Below are positions 34,194-43,418 of a stretch of DNA of 64,000 nucleotides, in pieces. The position numbers were made by a program, and so were the translations under genes. The notes under the pieces were generated by a model. It made no database searches. It was given only the letters and a program-made list of their open reading frames with translations, and had not been told where the DNA came from. The stretch comes from an uncultured Pseudomonadota bacterium (GTDB lineage Bacteria > Oederibacteriota > Muellerivitia > Muellerivitales > Muellerivitaceae): NCBI GenBank assembly GCA_963770835.1, contig CAVYRH010000003.1, positions 160,001 to 224,000 of the forward strand, read 5' to 3'. How positions within the stretch are numbered: the stretch's first letter is position 1; every line of letters starts with the position of its first letter.

Positions 34194-34708
34194 AGCAGGT
34201 CGTTTTCGACACGAATGTTTGGATTTCCGCGATCGCTTTTCATGGGCGCGTCCGGCGGCTGCGGGATGAGGCCGTCCATGAAAGGATCCGGGTGGCAGTG
34301 TCCCCGGCCATTCTTGAGGAAACCATCCGGATCCTGAGCGGGCCCAAGTTTCGGTATTCCCCTGACGAAGTGGCGGTCATCGAGCTTGAGATCAGGGAAC
34401 TTGCCCGCATGGTCCGGCCGTCGGAACATTTGGAAGCCGTCAAAGCCGACCCGGACGACGATCGGGTCCTGGAATGCGCGGTGGAGTCGGGATCCGAAAT
34501 CATCGTTTCGGGCGACAGCCATCTTTTGGACCTTGGAACCTTCAGGGGTATCCGCATTATGGGCCCGGCGGCTTTCCTTGGGGAACTTGAGACGGGGAAA
34601 GGGACGGATCCGGGGAAAGGGCCCGGTGTGGAGGAGTCCCCGGCGGCATACGGTGCCGGAGGTAAGAAAGCCAAGGGAAGCCCCGCGAAGAGGGTTAAGG
34701 CGAGGTAG
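34190..34708 (+). CDS. PIN-family toxin with C-terminal extension
   Basis: VVFDTNVWIS, DPDDDRVLECA, IVSGDSHLL. Confidence 0.88.
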   Translation: MKQVVFDTNVWISAIAFHGRVRRLRDEAVHERIRVAVSPAILEETIRILSGPKFRYSPDEVAVIELEIRELARMVRPSEHLEAVKADPDDDRVLECAVESGSEIIVSGDSHLLDLGTFRGIRIMGPAAFLGELETGKGTDPGKGPGVEESPAAYGAGGKKAKGSPAKRVKAR

Positions 34709-34808
34709 GATGATTTGCCCAAATCAAAACCTTCTTCAAACCCGCCATTGGCGTTTCGGCTGGTTTTGATAAAATAATCACAGGCAACGAGGTCCGAAAG
34801 GAAAAACC

Positions 34809-35060
34809 ATGAGCGTCCAAGTTTCTATTTCAATGCCCGATTCGGCCTTTTCGGCCCTTAAGCGGAGCCCAAAGGAATTCGCCAAGGAAATGCGGCTTGC
34901 CGCGGCGGTGAAATGGTACGAAGCCGGCATGGTTTCGCAGGCCAAGGCGGCGGAACTGGCCGGTCTGAACCGCGCGGGATTCCTTCAGTCCCTGGACAGG
35001 TTCAAAGTCACCCCGTTCCAATATGACGCAGGCGACCTCGAACGTGAAATGAATGAATAG
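34809..35060 (+). CDS. UPF0175-family putative antitoxin
   Basis: RLAAAVKWYE.G.VSQAKAAELAGL.R..FL. Confidence 0.82.
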   Translation: MSVQVSISMPDSAFSALKRSPKEFAKEMRLAAAVKWYEAGMVSQAKAAELAGLNRAGFLQSLDRFKVTPFQYDAGDLEREMNE

Positions 35061-35652
35061 GAGCTGGGTTTTCGACAGCTCCGCCCTCATCGCCCTCGGT
35101 AAAATCGACCGGTTGGACTTGATCACGGGGCTCCCTGGTGTCTTCCACGTCCCGCACGCAGTCAAGAAGGAAATCCTCTCTAGAAAACCACCGGACCCGG
35201 CCTCCCTCTGGCCGCTCGATAAAAACTGTCCCGCCCGGGTGGTTCGTACGCCCTTGGACAGGGCTGTGTTGTCATGGGATCTTGGGGCTGGGGAATCGGA
35301 AACGATTTGCCATTGCTTGAGGCACCGTGGTTGCGTGGCGGTCTTGGACGACCGAATGGGAAGGCGTTGTGCCAAGGCGATGGGTGTCCAGGTCAAAGGG
35401 ACGGTTGGACTTCTTTTATGGCTCAAAGAGCAAGGAAAACTCGATAAAATTAAACCGGTTTTGGGTTCGCTTTCAAAGTCAGGTTTTCACCTTGATCCCG
35501 CCGTATTTAAATTGGCCCCGAAACTAGCTGGCGAGCATGAAAGCGGATTAGGCGGGGAATATTCCCTTACCGCCCATGAAGCTCCCGCCGTATATAAGAC
35601 CACCACATCAAAAAAGCCCAAAACCAGGCGTCCTCAACGGAAACGCAAATAG
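35053..35652 (+). CDS. DUF3368-type PIN protein with C-terminal extension
   Basis: VFDSSALIAL, DLGAGESE, LDDR.GRR.A..MG..V.GTVGLL. Confidence 0.82.
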   Translation: MNRSWVFDSSALIALGKIDRLDLITGLPGVFHVPHAVKKEILSRKPPDPASLWPLDKNCPARVVRTPLDRAVLSWDLGAGESETICHCLRHRGCVAVLDDRMGRRCAKAMGVQVKGTVGLLLWLKEQGKLDKIKPVLGSLSKSGFHLDPAVFKLAPKLAGEHESGLGGEYSLTAHEAPAVYKTTTSKKPKTRRPQRKRK

Positions 35653-35659
35653 GTCCCGG

Positions 35660-35700
35660 TTGGACCAAACTTGACCAACTTGACCAAGTCCAGGTAAAAT
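35660..35700 (+). promoter_or_regulatory. Promoter/operator of the phd-vapC module
   Basis: Tandem TTG(G)ACCAA x3; TTGACC-18-TAAAAT. Confidence 0.6.
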
Positions 35701-35706
35701 AAGCTC

Positions 35707-35982
35707 ATGAAAAATAAATACTCCATTTACGAGGCCAAGACCCACCTCAGCGAGATTCTCCGCCAGGTCAAGAACAACCGGGAGATCGTCATTACTGACC
35801 GGGGCAAGGAAGTGGCGCGGGTGGTTCCCGCCGTGGATTCAACCAACTTTGAGAAACGCATCGAAGCCCTGAAACGGGCAGGCATTATCACTCCTGCCAC
35901 CGGCCGCCCCTCAGAGATCAAGCCCATCGCCCATATTCCCGGAGCCTTGAAGCGCTTCCTGGAAACCCGGAATCGCTTTTGA
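35707..35982 (+). CDS. Phd/YefM-family antitoxin
   Basis: SIYEAKTHLSEILRQV...EIVITDRGKEVARVVP. Confidence 0.9.
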   Translation: MKNKYSIYEAKTHLSEILRQVKNNREIVITDRGKEVARVVPAVDSTNFEKRIEALKRAGIITPATGRPSEIKPIAHIPGALKRFLETRNRF

Positions 35983-36476
35983 AATCAGCGTTCTTTGACA
36001 CTTCAGCCTTAGCCGCTGTCCTTTTCAACGAGCCCTCTTCCCCCGCGGTCCAAAATATCCTGGAAGATATCGAAACAGTCCGTGCCTCAAGCCTCCTGGA
36101 AGCGGAAATCCGGAGTGCGGCGGCGAGGGAGGCCCTTGACCAGCGGGAAGTGGACGTTGTTCTTTCCAAGGTGGAATGGGTCCTGCCGGACCGCCCCCTT
36201 TCCCAGGAACTGCGGGTTGTAGCCTCATGTGGGATCCATTTGAGGGGCGCCGATGCCTGGCACCTGGCCTGCGCCCTCTACCTGGCGGGTGACCCGGCGA
36301 ACCTTCCTTTTGTGACCCTTGACGGGGACCAAGCCAAAGTGGCCAGCCACCTCGGCTTTAAGGCGCTCCCGGGGGGATTGCCACAGGGATCGGGAGTTCA
36401 CGAGCCCCCAATGCCGTATGGCGCCGGGGGTAGGAAGGCCAAGGGAAGCCGCGCGAAGAGGGTAAAAGCACATTGA
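35979..36476 (+). CDS. vapC: VapC-type PIN toxin with C-terminal extension
   Basis: FFDTSAL, E.RS, LRGADAWHLACA, FVTLD. Confidence 0.85.
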   Translation: MKSAFFDTSALAAVLFNEPSSPAVQNILEDIETVRASSLLEAEIRSAAAREALDQREVDVVLSKVEWVLPDRPLSQELRVVASCGIHLRGADAWHLACALYLAGDPANLPFVTLDGDQAKVASHLGFKALPGGLPQGSGVHEPPMPYGAGGRKAKGSRAKRVKAH

Positions 36477-36594
36477 ACCATGTCGTAATAACAGCGGTCA
36501 TTGAGAGGAATAAGCCCTAGAGGGGCTTGTTTATGACGAAGCAAACTCACGTTTCTAAGCTTTTTGGGGATGTTTGGGGAGGTAGTGAGGCAGG

Positions 36595-36980
36595 CTATTC
36601 TTCCAATTTTTATGCAATTTGCATAAAAATTGGAAGAATAGAGACCAAATCACCGGTTGAATTGTCCTCATTGGGGACAATTCAAATAAGGGAATTTGGG
36701 GGTAGGCTGTTTATTCTTCCAATTTTTACGGATAGTCCGTAAAAATTGGAAGAATAGCCGGAAACAAAAGTCTAAAAAATCGGCCAAATTGGGGGGGAGC
36801 GTAAATTATTTACGCTTGGGGCATGAAATAGGGGTTTTGACGTTTCGGGGTGTCCGTCGGACGGACACTCAAAATAAGGGTTTTATGAAGATTTGAAGAA
36901 CGCCTTATTTTTGGTGTTTCCCGGGGAAACACTTTGGGGTCCGAGTTTTTAGGAATCTTAAAAAAATTGGAAGAATAGCC
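36595..36980. repeat. Cluster of five perfect short-loop palindromes with five copies of AAAAATTGGAAGAATA
   Basis: 36595-36641 (23-bp arms), 36657-36685, 36712-36756 (21-bp arms), 36850-36868, 36914-36932; half site at ~36962-36978. Confidence 0.85.
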
Positions 36981-37000
36981 GGGCTTAAAAGGGGTAGGTT

Positions 37001-37471
37001 ATGGCTCAAAATCCGTTAGGGGGGTTCCTCAAGGGCCTGTTTGGCCGTCAAACACCCAACCCCGCTGCCCAGGCCCCCGTACAGGCCCCTATGCCGAGGC
37101 CTCAAGCCGAGGCACAAGCCTTGGGTGTATCGGAGCAGGTTCGGGGCTCCGATGCCCCGGTCACAGCCCAACCCACTCCTCTAAGCCCCCAGCGCTCCCC
37201 AGCCACCCCGACCACCGAAGCCTACATGACCCGGAAGAAGGGCCGGAAGCTCCATAGAGATAGTTACGCGGACGCCAAAAGGCTCTACGAGAGCATCCAA
37301 CGCCGGGGGGAGGCTACCCCCGGGGACCTGGCCCAGGAGTTCGGCATGGCCCGGAGCTCCCTGGCCTATAACCTCAACCGGCTGGTGGCCAAGAAGTACG
37401 TTGAACGCCTCGGCGGCGGGCGGAGCATCCGGTACAAGGTAACGGGTGTTCCTTTGGGCAGGATCAATTGA
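37001..37471 (+). CDS. Winged helix-turn-helix protein with Pro/Gln-rich N-terminus
   Basis: ATPGDLAQEFGMARSSLAYNLNRLV..KYVERLGGGRSIRY. Confidence 0.75.
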   Translation: MAQNPLGGFLKGLFGRQTPNPAAQAPVQAPMPRPQAEAQALGVSEQVRGSDAPVTAQPTPLSPQRSPATPTTEAYMTRKKGRKLHRDSYADAKRLYESIQRRGEATPGDLAQEFGMARSSLAYNLNRLVAKKYVERLGGGRSIRYKVTGVPLGRIN

Positions 37472-37522
37472 AACTGAATAAAACAAGGCCAATGTTATAA
37501 TTTACCCGGAAAGAGGCCGCTT

Positions 37523-37762
37523 ATGGAACACCGACACTTTAAATACGACCGCATTACTTTCGACCCCGATAAATGCTTTGGGAAACCCTGCATCCGTGGT
37601 TATCGCATGCCGGTAGCAACGTTACTGGGTTATATGGCCGGCGGAATGACCATTCCGGAAATCCTGAAGGAATGGCCGGAACTTGAGAAAGACGACATTC
37701 TCCAAGCCCTCGCCTATGCCTCGTTGGAGGCTGAGGAGCGGTTCATCCCGGCCCGCCCTTGA
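37523..37762 (+). CDS. DUF433-family putative antitoxin
   Basis: RITFDPDKCFGKPCIRG.RMPV, G.TIPEIL..WP.LE..DI..ALAYA. Confidence 0.9.
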   Translation: MEHRHFKYDRITFDPDKCFGKPCIRGYRMPVATLLGYMAGGMTIPEILKEWPELEKDDILQALAYASLEAEERFIPARP

Positions 37763-38328
37763 AGTTTATCCTGGACGTCAACCTTCCGCCCTCGCTTTGC
37801 CAACGGCTGGCCCGGCATAGCCACGAGGCATTCCATGCGGGGAAATTAGGATTATGGAAAGCCACCGACGAAACCGTCTTATCCTTGGCGGAATCACAGG
37901 GCGCGGTCCTTTTGACCCATGATCTTGGTTTTGGCAAATTACTGGCCTTTTCCCAAAAGGAAAAACCCTCTGTCGTAATTTTCCGCCTTGAAAAACTGAA
38001 TTCTGAAATTTTGGAGGGAATTTTATTAAAAGATTGGGGCTTGATCGAAAGGCCTGTCTTGCTGGGAGCCATTGTAGTGATCGAGGAGAATGACGTTCGA
38101 ATCCGGCGGCTTCCCATCGGAGGAACGGGCCTTGAAGGGCTTCCTGAAGTCCATGAAGCGCCCGCCGCTTACAAGGCGGGCCCTTCGAGAAAGCCCGCTG
38201 ACCCGAGGCCCTCAAGCCGAGGGGTGAGCCTTGCGCGTGCCGGGCCGGGGGACGGAGTTGACGACGTCCCACAAAGGGCCTGGCCCAAAGCCGGGCGTTC
38301 CAAGCCGAAACCTAAGAAGCGGAAATAA
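37759..38328 (+). CDS. DUF5615-type PIN-like toxin with long C-terminal extension
   Basis: MKFILDVNLP, ATDETV, LLTHDLGFG, PSVVIFRL, VRIRRLPI. Confidence 0.85.
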   Translation: MKFILDVNLPPSLCQRLARHSHEAFHAGKLGLWKATDETVLSLAESQGAVLLTHDLGFGKLLAFSQKEKPSVVIFRLEKLNSEILEGILLKDWGLIERPVLLGAIVVIEENDVRIRRLPIGGTGLEGLPEVHEAPAAYKAGPSRKPADPRPSSRGVSLARAGPGDGVDDVPQRAWPKAGRSKPKPKKRK

Positions 38329-38423
38329 GGAAAAAGGTCCTCGCTGAATGAACTGTTTTCAAAAGACTCATCACTCCTCACTTCGCACTCATAACTCAGG
38401 GGCCAAGAACTTGGCCACTGGAA

Positions 38424-38533
38424 TGGCCTATAACCTCAACCGGCTGGTGGCCAAAAAGTACATTGAACGGATCGGTGGGGGCCGGAGTATCCGGTACAAG
38501 GTAACGGGTGTTCCCTTGGGCAGGATTAATTGA
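38424..38533 (+). pseudogene. Second copy of the last 110 nt of the wHTH gene (37362-37471)
   Basis: 10 mismatches in 110 nt, 8 synonymous; its stop overlaps the TTG start of the next gene. Confidence 0.92.
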
Positions 38534-39234
38534 ATTCTCCTACATCTTCCCAAGAAACCTCAAAATCCCCGAATAGTTCTTTGAGGGTTAATGTCGGTTG
38601 CGGCCAGACGCCTGTTCCGGGATGGCGTAATTTCGATAATTCGTTAACAGTCCAAATATCAAAGTTTCCTTTTTTACCTTCCCTCTTGTACCGCCTGAAA
38701 TTAATTAAAGATCAGCAATATCAATTCTCGTTGGTGGCGCGTGATAAATCCATTGAATGGGCCAACGCCACTAAAAAACTGCCTCTGGAGAGTGGTTCGG
38801 TTGAAGTGGTTTACAGTTCTCATATGATTGAGCATCTTGACCGGAGTGAGGCGCTGTTGTTCTTAAAAGAAGTAAAAAGAGTTTTGCGCCCAGGCGGTTT
38901 TCTTCGCCTTGCGATTCCCGACATCCGAAAACAAGTTCAAAAATATATCGAGAATGGGGATGCAGATGAATTCATCGCCCAAACACAGATTACTCAACCC
39001 CGTGCCAAGACTTTCATGGAAAGGTTACGGTTACAAATGGTTGGGCAACGAAATCACCAATGGATGTACGACGGCAAGTCTTTAACCAATCTTTTAACGA
39101 CAAATGGATTCGTTAATGCAACTGAAGTTCCGGCGGGCGAAACGAGAATACCGAATCCCAGGCCACTGGATTTGTTTGAAAGGGAAGATGAAAGCGCCTA
39201 CGTCGAGGCTGAAAACACCGGGAGTGAATCTTGA
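38530..39234 (+). CDS. SAM-dependent methyltransferase domain protein
   Basis: VNVGCG, VYSSHMIEHL, RVLRPGG.LRLAIPD. Confidence 0.85.
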   Translation: MNSPTSSQETSKSPNSSLRVNVGCGQTPVPGWRNFDNSLTVQISKFPFLPSLLYRLKLIKDQQYQFSLVARDKSIEWANATKKLPLESGSVEVVYSSHMIEHLDRSEALLFLKEVKRVLRPGGFLRLAIPDIRKQVQKYIENGDADEFIAQTQITQPRAKTFMERLRLQMVGQRNHQWMYDGKSLTNLLTTNGFVNATEVPAGETRIPNPRPLDLFEREDESAYVEAENTGSES

Positions 39235-39866
39235 GATCATTTAAGCATTGGACACCTCGTTATATCAAAGACCGCTTAGGGGTCATCGTTTATGAAATGA
39301 AAAACCCTAACAATCCTTGGTTGACCAAAACGGCTATTGAAGTCCTGGACGGCTTACTTAAAAAAACCGATGTTGGTTTGGAATTTGGAAGCGGTCGTTC
39401 GACTTTATGGTTCGCGAAACGGGTCAAACATCTCACAAGTATCGAGCACAACAAAAGTTGGTATGAAAAAGTTCGATTGATGATCGTAGAAAATAAACTT
39501 CGTTCGATCGTGGATCAACGCCTTTTTGAATGTGAGGAAATCGAAAAGGGCCAGAATTCTGAATATGTGAAGTTTATAGATAGCCTCCGGGACAAGTCCG
39601 TTGATTTTGCCTTAGTTGACGGAATTTACCGCGACTATTGCGCCCTTAAAGTTATTGATAAGCTACATCCTGGGGGAATTTTGATAATCGACAACGTGAA
39701 TTGGTTTTTGCCTTGTGATTCTCTCGCTCCCAATTCCCGGACAACAGATCAGGGACCTTCAGGGAAAGTTTGGAATCGTGTGTACCAATCCGTTAATAAA
39801 TGGAGAAAAATCTGGACGACTAGCGGCGTAACAGATACAGCGATTTTTTTTAAGCCTTACGACTAA
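39231..39866 (+). CDS. Class I SAM-dependent methyltransferase
   Basis: LEFGSGRSTLWF, SIEH, FALVDG, LHPGGILIIDN. Confidence 0.85.
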   Translation: MRSFKHWTPRYIKDRLGVIVYEMKNPNNPWLTKTAIEVLDGLLKKTDVGLEFGSGRSTLWFAKRVKHLTSIEHNKSWYEKVRLMIVENKLRSIVDQRLFECEEIEKGQNSEYVKFIDSLRDKSVDFALVDGIYRDYCALKVIDKLHPGGILIIDNVNWFLPCDSLAPNSRTTDQGPSGKVWNRVYQSVNKWRKIWTTSGVTDTAIFFKPYD

Positions 39867-39913
39867 AAATATTTCAGCAGGAAAGTGCATGACCACTAGA
39901 AAAAGTCCCTCAA

Positions 39914-40714
39914 ATGAATGAAAGGGAAAAGTTTTACCTAAAGGGTGTTCAAGATTTTATTCGATACAATAACGCATCGGTACTTGTTTGCGGTGGGGGG
40001 ATTTTGGATAGGGATATATTTAAGAAATTAGGTTTTCGAAATGTCACAATTTCAAATCTTGATAAAAGGGTTAGGAAAAACGCATTTTATCCCTTTAAAT
40101 GGAAATATGAGAACGCTGAATCACTTTCATTTCCTTCCGAATCATTCGACTACGTAGTCATTCACGCGGCGATTCATCACGCATCTTCTCCACATAAAGT
40201 CCTTACTGAAATGTACCGTGTTGCAAAAAAAGGAATATTGGCTTTTGAGGCGAGAGATTCGAAACTAATGTCAATATTGGAAAAGTTTGGATTTTCTCAA
40301 ACTTATGAACATGGGGCGGTATATCACAACGAGTGTAAATATGGAGGGGTGAACAATAGTCAAATTCCAAATTACATATACAGGTGGACTGAACGAGAAG
40401 TGGAAAAAACTATTCAGTCATATGCACCGTGTTTTAAGCATGAAATTTTTTATAGGTATGGTGCCGCTTTCCCTGGTTTTCTTGAGACCGAAAACAAAGC
40501 AAGGTTTAGGATGATTCTCGCGAAAATCTTGTATCCCCTTTTTTACGTGTTCTCGAAGTTATTTCCAAAGCAGCAAAATCTATTTGCGTTTTATGTTAAA
40601 AAACCCTCGATTTCTAATTCACTCTTACCTTGGCTCGTTTTTGACAATAAAAAAAGAAAAATAATATTTAATGCGGCGTGGGGAAATCGAAAATACAAAA
40701 GAGTAGAAGATTAA
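39914..40714 (+). CDS. Methyltransferase type 11-like protein
   Basis: VLVCGGG, NAESLSFPSESFDYV, IHH.SSPHKVL.EMYRVAK. Confidence 0.8.
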   Translation: MNEREKFYLKGVQDFIRYNNASVLVCGGGILDRDIFKKLGFRNVTISNLDKRVRKNAFYPFKWKYENAESLSFPSESFDYVVIHAAIHHASSPHKVLTEMYRVAKKGILAFEARDSKLMSILEKFGFSQTYEHGAVYHNECKYGGVNNSQIPNYIYRWTEREVEKTIQSYAPCFKHEIFYRYGAAFPGFLETENKARFRMILAKILYPLFYVFSKLFPKQQNLFAFYVKKPSISNSLLPWLVFDNKKRKIIFNAAWGNRKYKRVED

Positions 40715-40750
40715 ATCAATTATTAAAAAAGCTAAAAAGCAAAGGCCAAA

Positions 40751-42220
40751 TTGAAAACTTCAGAGTTGAGTCGAAAAAGCATTCCGGAGGGTTATTTCGG
40801 CATCGCGACTGAAGGTGCGTTCTGGAACGTTGGTTTAGCTGCGGCCAATAAGGTTGTTACCTTAGTAGGCCAAGTTATTTTGGCTTGGCTTCTAACACCG
40901 GCTGATATGGGTTTGGCTGGAATGGCTATTGCAATGACGGGGTTTACCTTGTTCGTATCCGCAGGGGGTATCAGTGACGTCTTAATTCAAAGAAATCGGT
41001 ATGAAAAGGAAGCTGGACAAGGTTTATGGATATCGGTTGGTCTTTGTTTGATCATGACGGTTTTAACATTACTCTTAGTTCCAATCGCTTGGATGTTAAA
41101 CCGAAGAGATATAACGAATTTATTACTCATTCTGGCCTTGTCTAATTTAATTTGGCTTCCCAACCCTATTTTGGAAGCGAAGCTGAAGAACTATTTGAAT
41201 TTCAAACAGCTTTCAATCGCATATTTTCTATCGGGTGTTTCCTATACTTTTTTTTCCATTTTCTTCGCCTGGCTTGGCTTCGGTCCCTTCGCATTGATTT
41301 GCCCGCGATTGATCCAAAATGCTGTCCAAATTGGTTACATGTTTTGGAAAGAGGGTGGAATACCTATAGAAAATCCCCGATGGGATTTGATCAAAAAACT
41401 TATAAAACCAACCTTGATGATGTCTCTTACGGGATTTTTTGCGGGACTTCAGACACAGGCTCCGGTTTTTTGTGTCGGGTTATTATTGAGCCCAACTTCA
41501 ACGGGATATTTCTCTTGGGGTTGGGCAATTGCGAGTCAGGCTGTATTCCTATTGGCTTCCAACTTGAGGCACGTTTTGTTGCCCGTTTTTAGCAAGTTGA
41601 AGGGAGATCAGGAAAGACAGGTATCGGCGGTTATCAAGTCGATAACTGCTATGACTGCTATTCTTGTGGTGGTTTGTGGAATTCAAGCAATTCTCGCTCA
41701 GCCTGTTTTGGACATATTTTTCCCGGCCAAATGGCAAGCCTCTGGGCCTGTAATCACTTGGATTAGTCTCGGCTTGTCAATGCAAGGTATATGGGTTGCA
41801 GTCACGGCATGGTTGAACGCGAATGGACAATACAAAGCACTACTTTGGAACAATATGGTTCCTACAGTGCTAGGGGCAGTATTTGCATTTTGCGGGGCCT
41901 ATTGGGGCGGAGTTAATGCAGGGGCGATGGGCACAGGTGTGGGGATTGCGCTGGGTTCCTTGTTTTCGCTTTTCAGTTTCCCATTGAGCGCTCTTAAGGG
42001 AAGTCTCCGCAATTTTTTTATCCCATTGTTAATTTCAGGAATCCTTTGGTTTGGTGGAAGTTTTGTTACCCAAGGAAACTTAATTTTGAGGGGATTAGCA
42101 ACTGTTATTTTTGTATCAGGAAGCGCAATTGCATGGTGGTATTGGGACGAAGGAACATTAAAGAAAATGGTTCCAAGATTGTTTTTTGCGAAATACCAAA
42201 AAGCCGGTGGTGAGAATTGA
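40751..42220 (+). CDS. wzx: Oligosaccharide flippase (Wzx/WzxC-like)
   Basis: ILAWLLTPADMG, multiple TM helices, LLPVFSKL. Confidence 0.85.
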   Translation: MKTSELSRKSIPEGYFGIATEGAFWNVGLAAANKVVTLVGQVILAWLLTPADMGLAGMAIAMTGFTLFVSAGGISDVLIQRNRYEKEAGQGLWISVGLCLIMTVLTLLLVPIAWMLNRRDITNLLLILALSNLIWLPNPILEAKLKNYLNFKQLSIAYFLSGVSYTFFSIFFAWLGFGPFALICPRLIQNAVQIGYMFWKEGGIPIENPRWDLIKKLIKPTLMMSLTGFFAGLQTQAPVFCVGLLLSPTSTGYFSWGWAIASQAVFLLASNLRHVLLPVFSKLKGDQERQVSAVIKSITAMTAILVVVCGIQAILAQPVLDIFFPAKWQASGPVITWISLGLSMQGIWVAVTAWLNANGQYKALLWNNMVPTVLGAVFAFCGAYWGGVNAGAMGTGVGIALGSLFSLFSFPLSALKGSLRNFFIPLLISGILWFGGSFVTQGNLILRGLATVIFVSGSAIAWWYWDEGTLKKMVPRLFFAKYQKAGGEN

Positions 42221-43380
42221 TTCGGTTAGGTGTTTTTACGACCCATCCAATCCAATATTACGTTCCATTATGGAGGTATCTTTCCAAGTACTCAAAATTA
42301 GACCTAACTGTCCATTATTTCAGCGATATAAGTGTGCGAGGTGGGATGGACAAAGGATTCAATCGCCCCGTGAAATGGGATATACCGCTTTTGGAAGGTT
42401 ATAAAAGTATTTTTGTTTCACGAGATGCCGACCTAGAAAAACCGTGGTCGATCCGAATTCCAAATGTTCGGAATTACCTGCGACAGTTCAATTACGACTG
42501 TATTCTTCTTCTAAGTTACAACCGTTATTTTGATTTCCAGATTGTCCGGGAAGCGCCAAAGCTGGGAATTAAGGTTTTGATGCGAGCTGAATTTTCTGAT
42601 ATCGGAAAAAGAAACCCCATAAAACAATTTGTACGCGATCGGTATTTAATGTGGCTATATCGGCGAATCGATGTATTTGCAGTTATCGGCGAGAACGCAA
42701 AGCAGCATTTGTTAAAACGGGGAGTTCCCCAGGAGAAAATGGTTTCTTCCCCTTATGCCGTTGATACAGACCTTTTTGAGAAACAGAAAAAGAGATTCAA
42801 AAGAGATAAATGTCGTAAAGCGTTGGGGCTTTCCAAGAACGACTTCGTTGTAATGTTTTCAGGCAAATTGATACCACGTAAGGAACCTCTCTTGTTCTTA
42901 AGAGCTCTCGGCAAACTCAATAATCATAAAAGCTTAAGGGTTATCATCTTAGGAGAAGGGCCATTGAAAATGCAGACAGTGAACATGGCGGAAGAATTGC
43001 TTCCTGGTAAAGTTTTGTTTCCTGGTTTTATAAATCAATCCGAGTTGGGACGATATTATGTGTCGTCAGATCTATTTGTTTTGCCTTCAAATCATGAAAC
43101 TTGGGGACTCGTGGTAAATGAGGCTATGCAATTTGGATTGCCCGTAGTCGTGAGTAAAAATACGGGTTGTCATTCTGACCTTGTCAATTTTGGTAAAACT
43201 GGTTTTGTTTTTTCTTCAGGAAATGAAGAGGCTTTGGCAAAACAGATAAAAAGATTTTTCTTGAATCACAAGCTCCAAGGAATAATTTCGCGAAATGTTA
43301 AAAAATTAATAAGAAATTACTCAGTTCAACATTCGGTGATTGGGATTTATGAAGCAATTAAATCTGTTAGTAAAATCTGA
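42217..43380 (+). CDS. Glycosyltransferase family 4
   Basis: FSGKLIPRK, DLFVLPS.HETWGLVVNEAM..GLPVV. Confidence 0.9.
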   Translation: MIRLGVFTTHPIQYYVPLWRYLSKYSKLDLTVHYFSDISVRGGMDKGFNRPVKWDIPLLEGYKSIFVSRDADLEKPWSIRIPNVRNYLRQFNYDCILLLSYNRYFDFQIVREAPKLGIKVLMRAEFSDIGKRNPIKQFVRDRYLMWLYRRIDVFAVIGENAKQHLLKRGVPQEKMVSSPYAVDTDLFEKQKKRFKRDKCRKALGLSKNDFVVMFSGKLIPRKEPLLFLRALGKLNNHKSLRVIILGEGPLKMQTVNMAEELLPGKVLFPGFINQSELGRYYVSSDLFVLPSNHETWGLVVNEAMQFGLPVVVSKNTGCHSDLVNFGKTGFVFSSGNEEALAKQIKRFFLNHKLQGIISRNVKKLIRNYSVQHSVIGIYEAIKSVSKI

Positions 43381-43418
43381 AGGAAATTTACTAAGATTAA
43401 AACAACTTGAGGCAGTAA

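Noticed and set aside
36595..36980. Palindrome cluster as a CRISPR array or a set of terminators
   Set aside because: Units are inverted rather than direct, spacing is irregular, loops are 1-3 nt in the long ones, and there are no cas genes.
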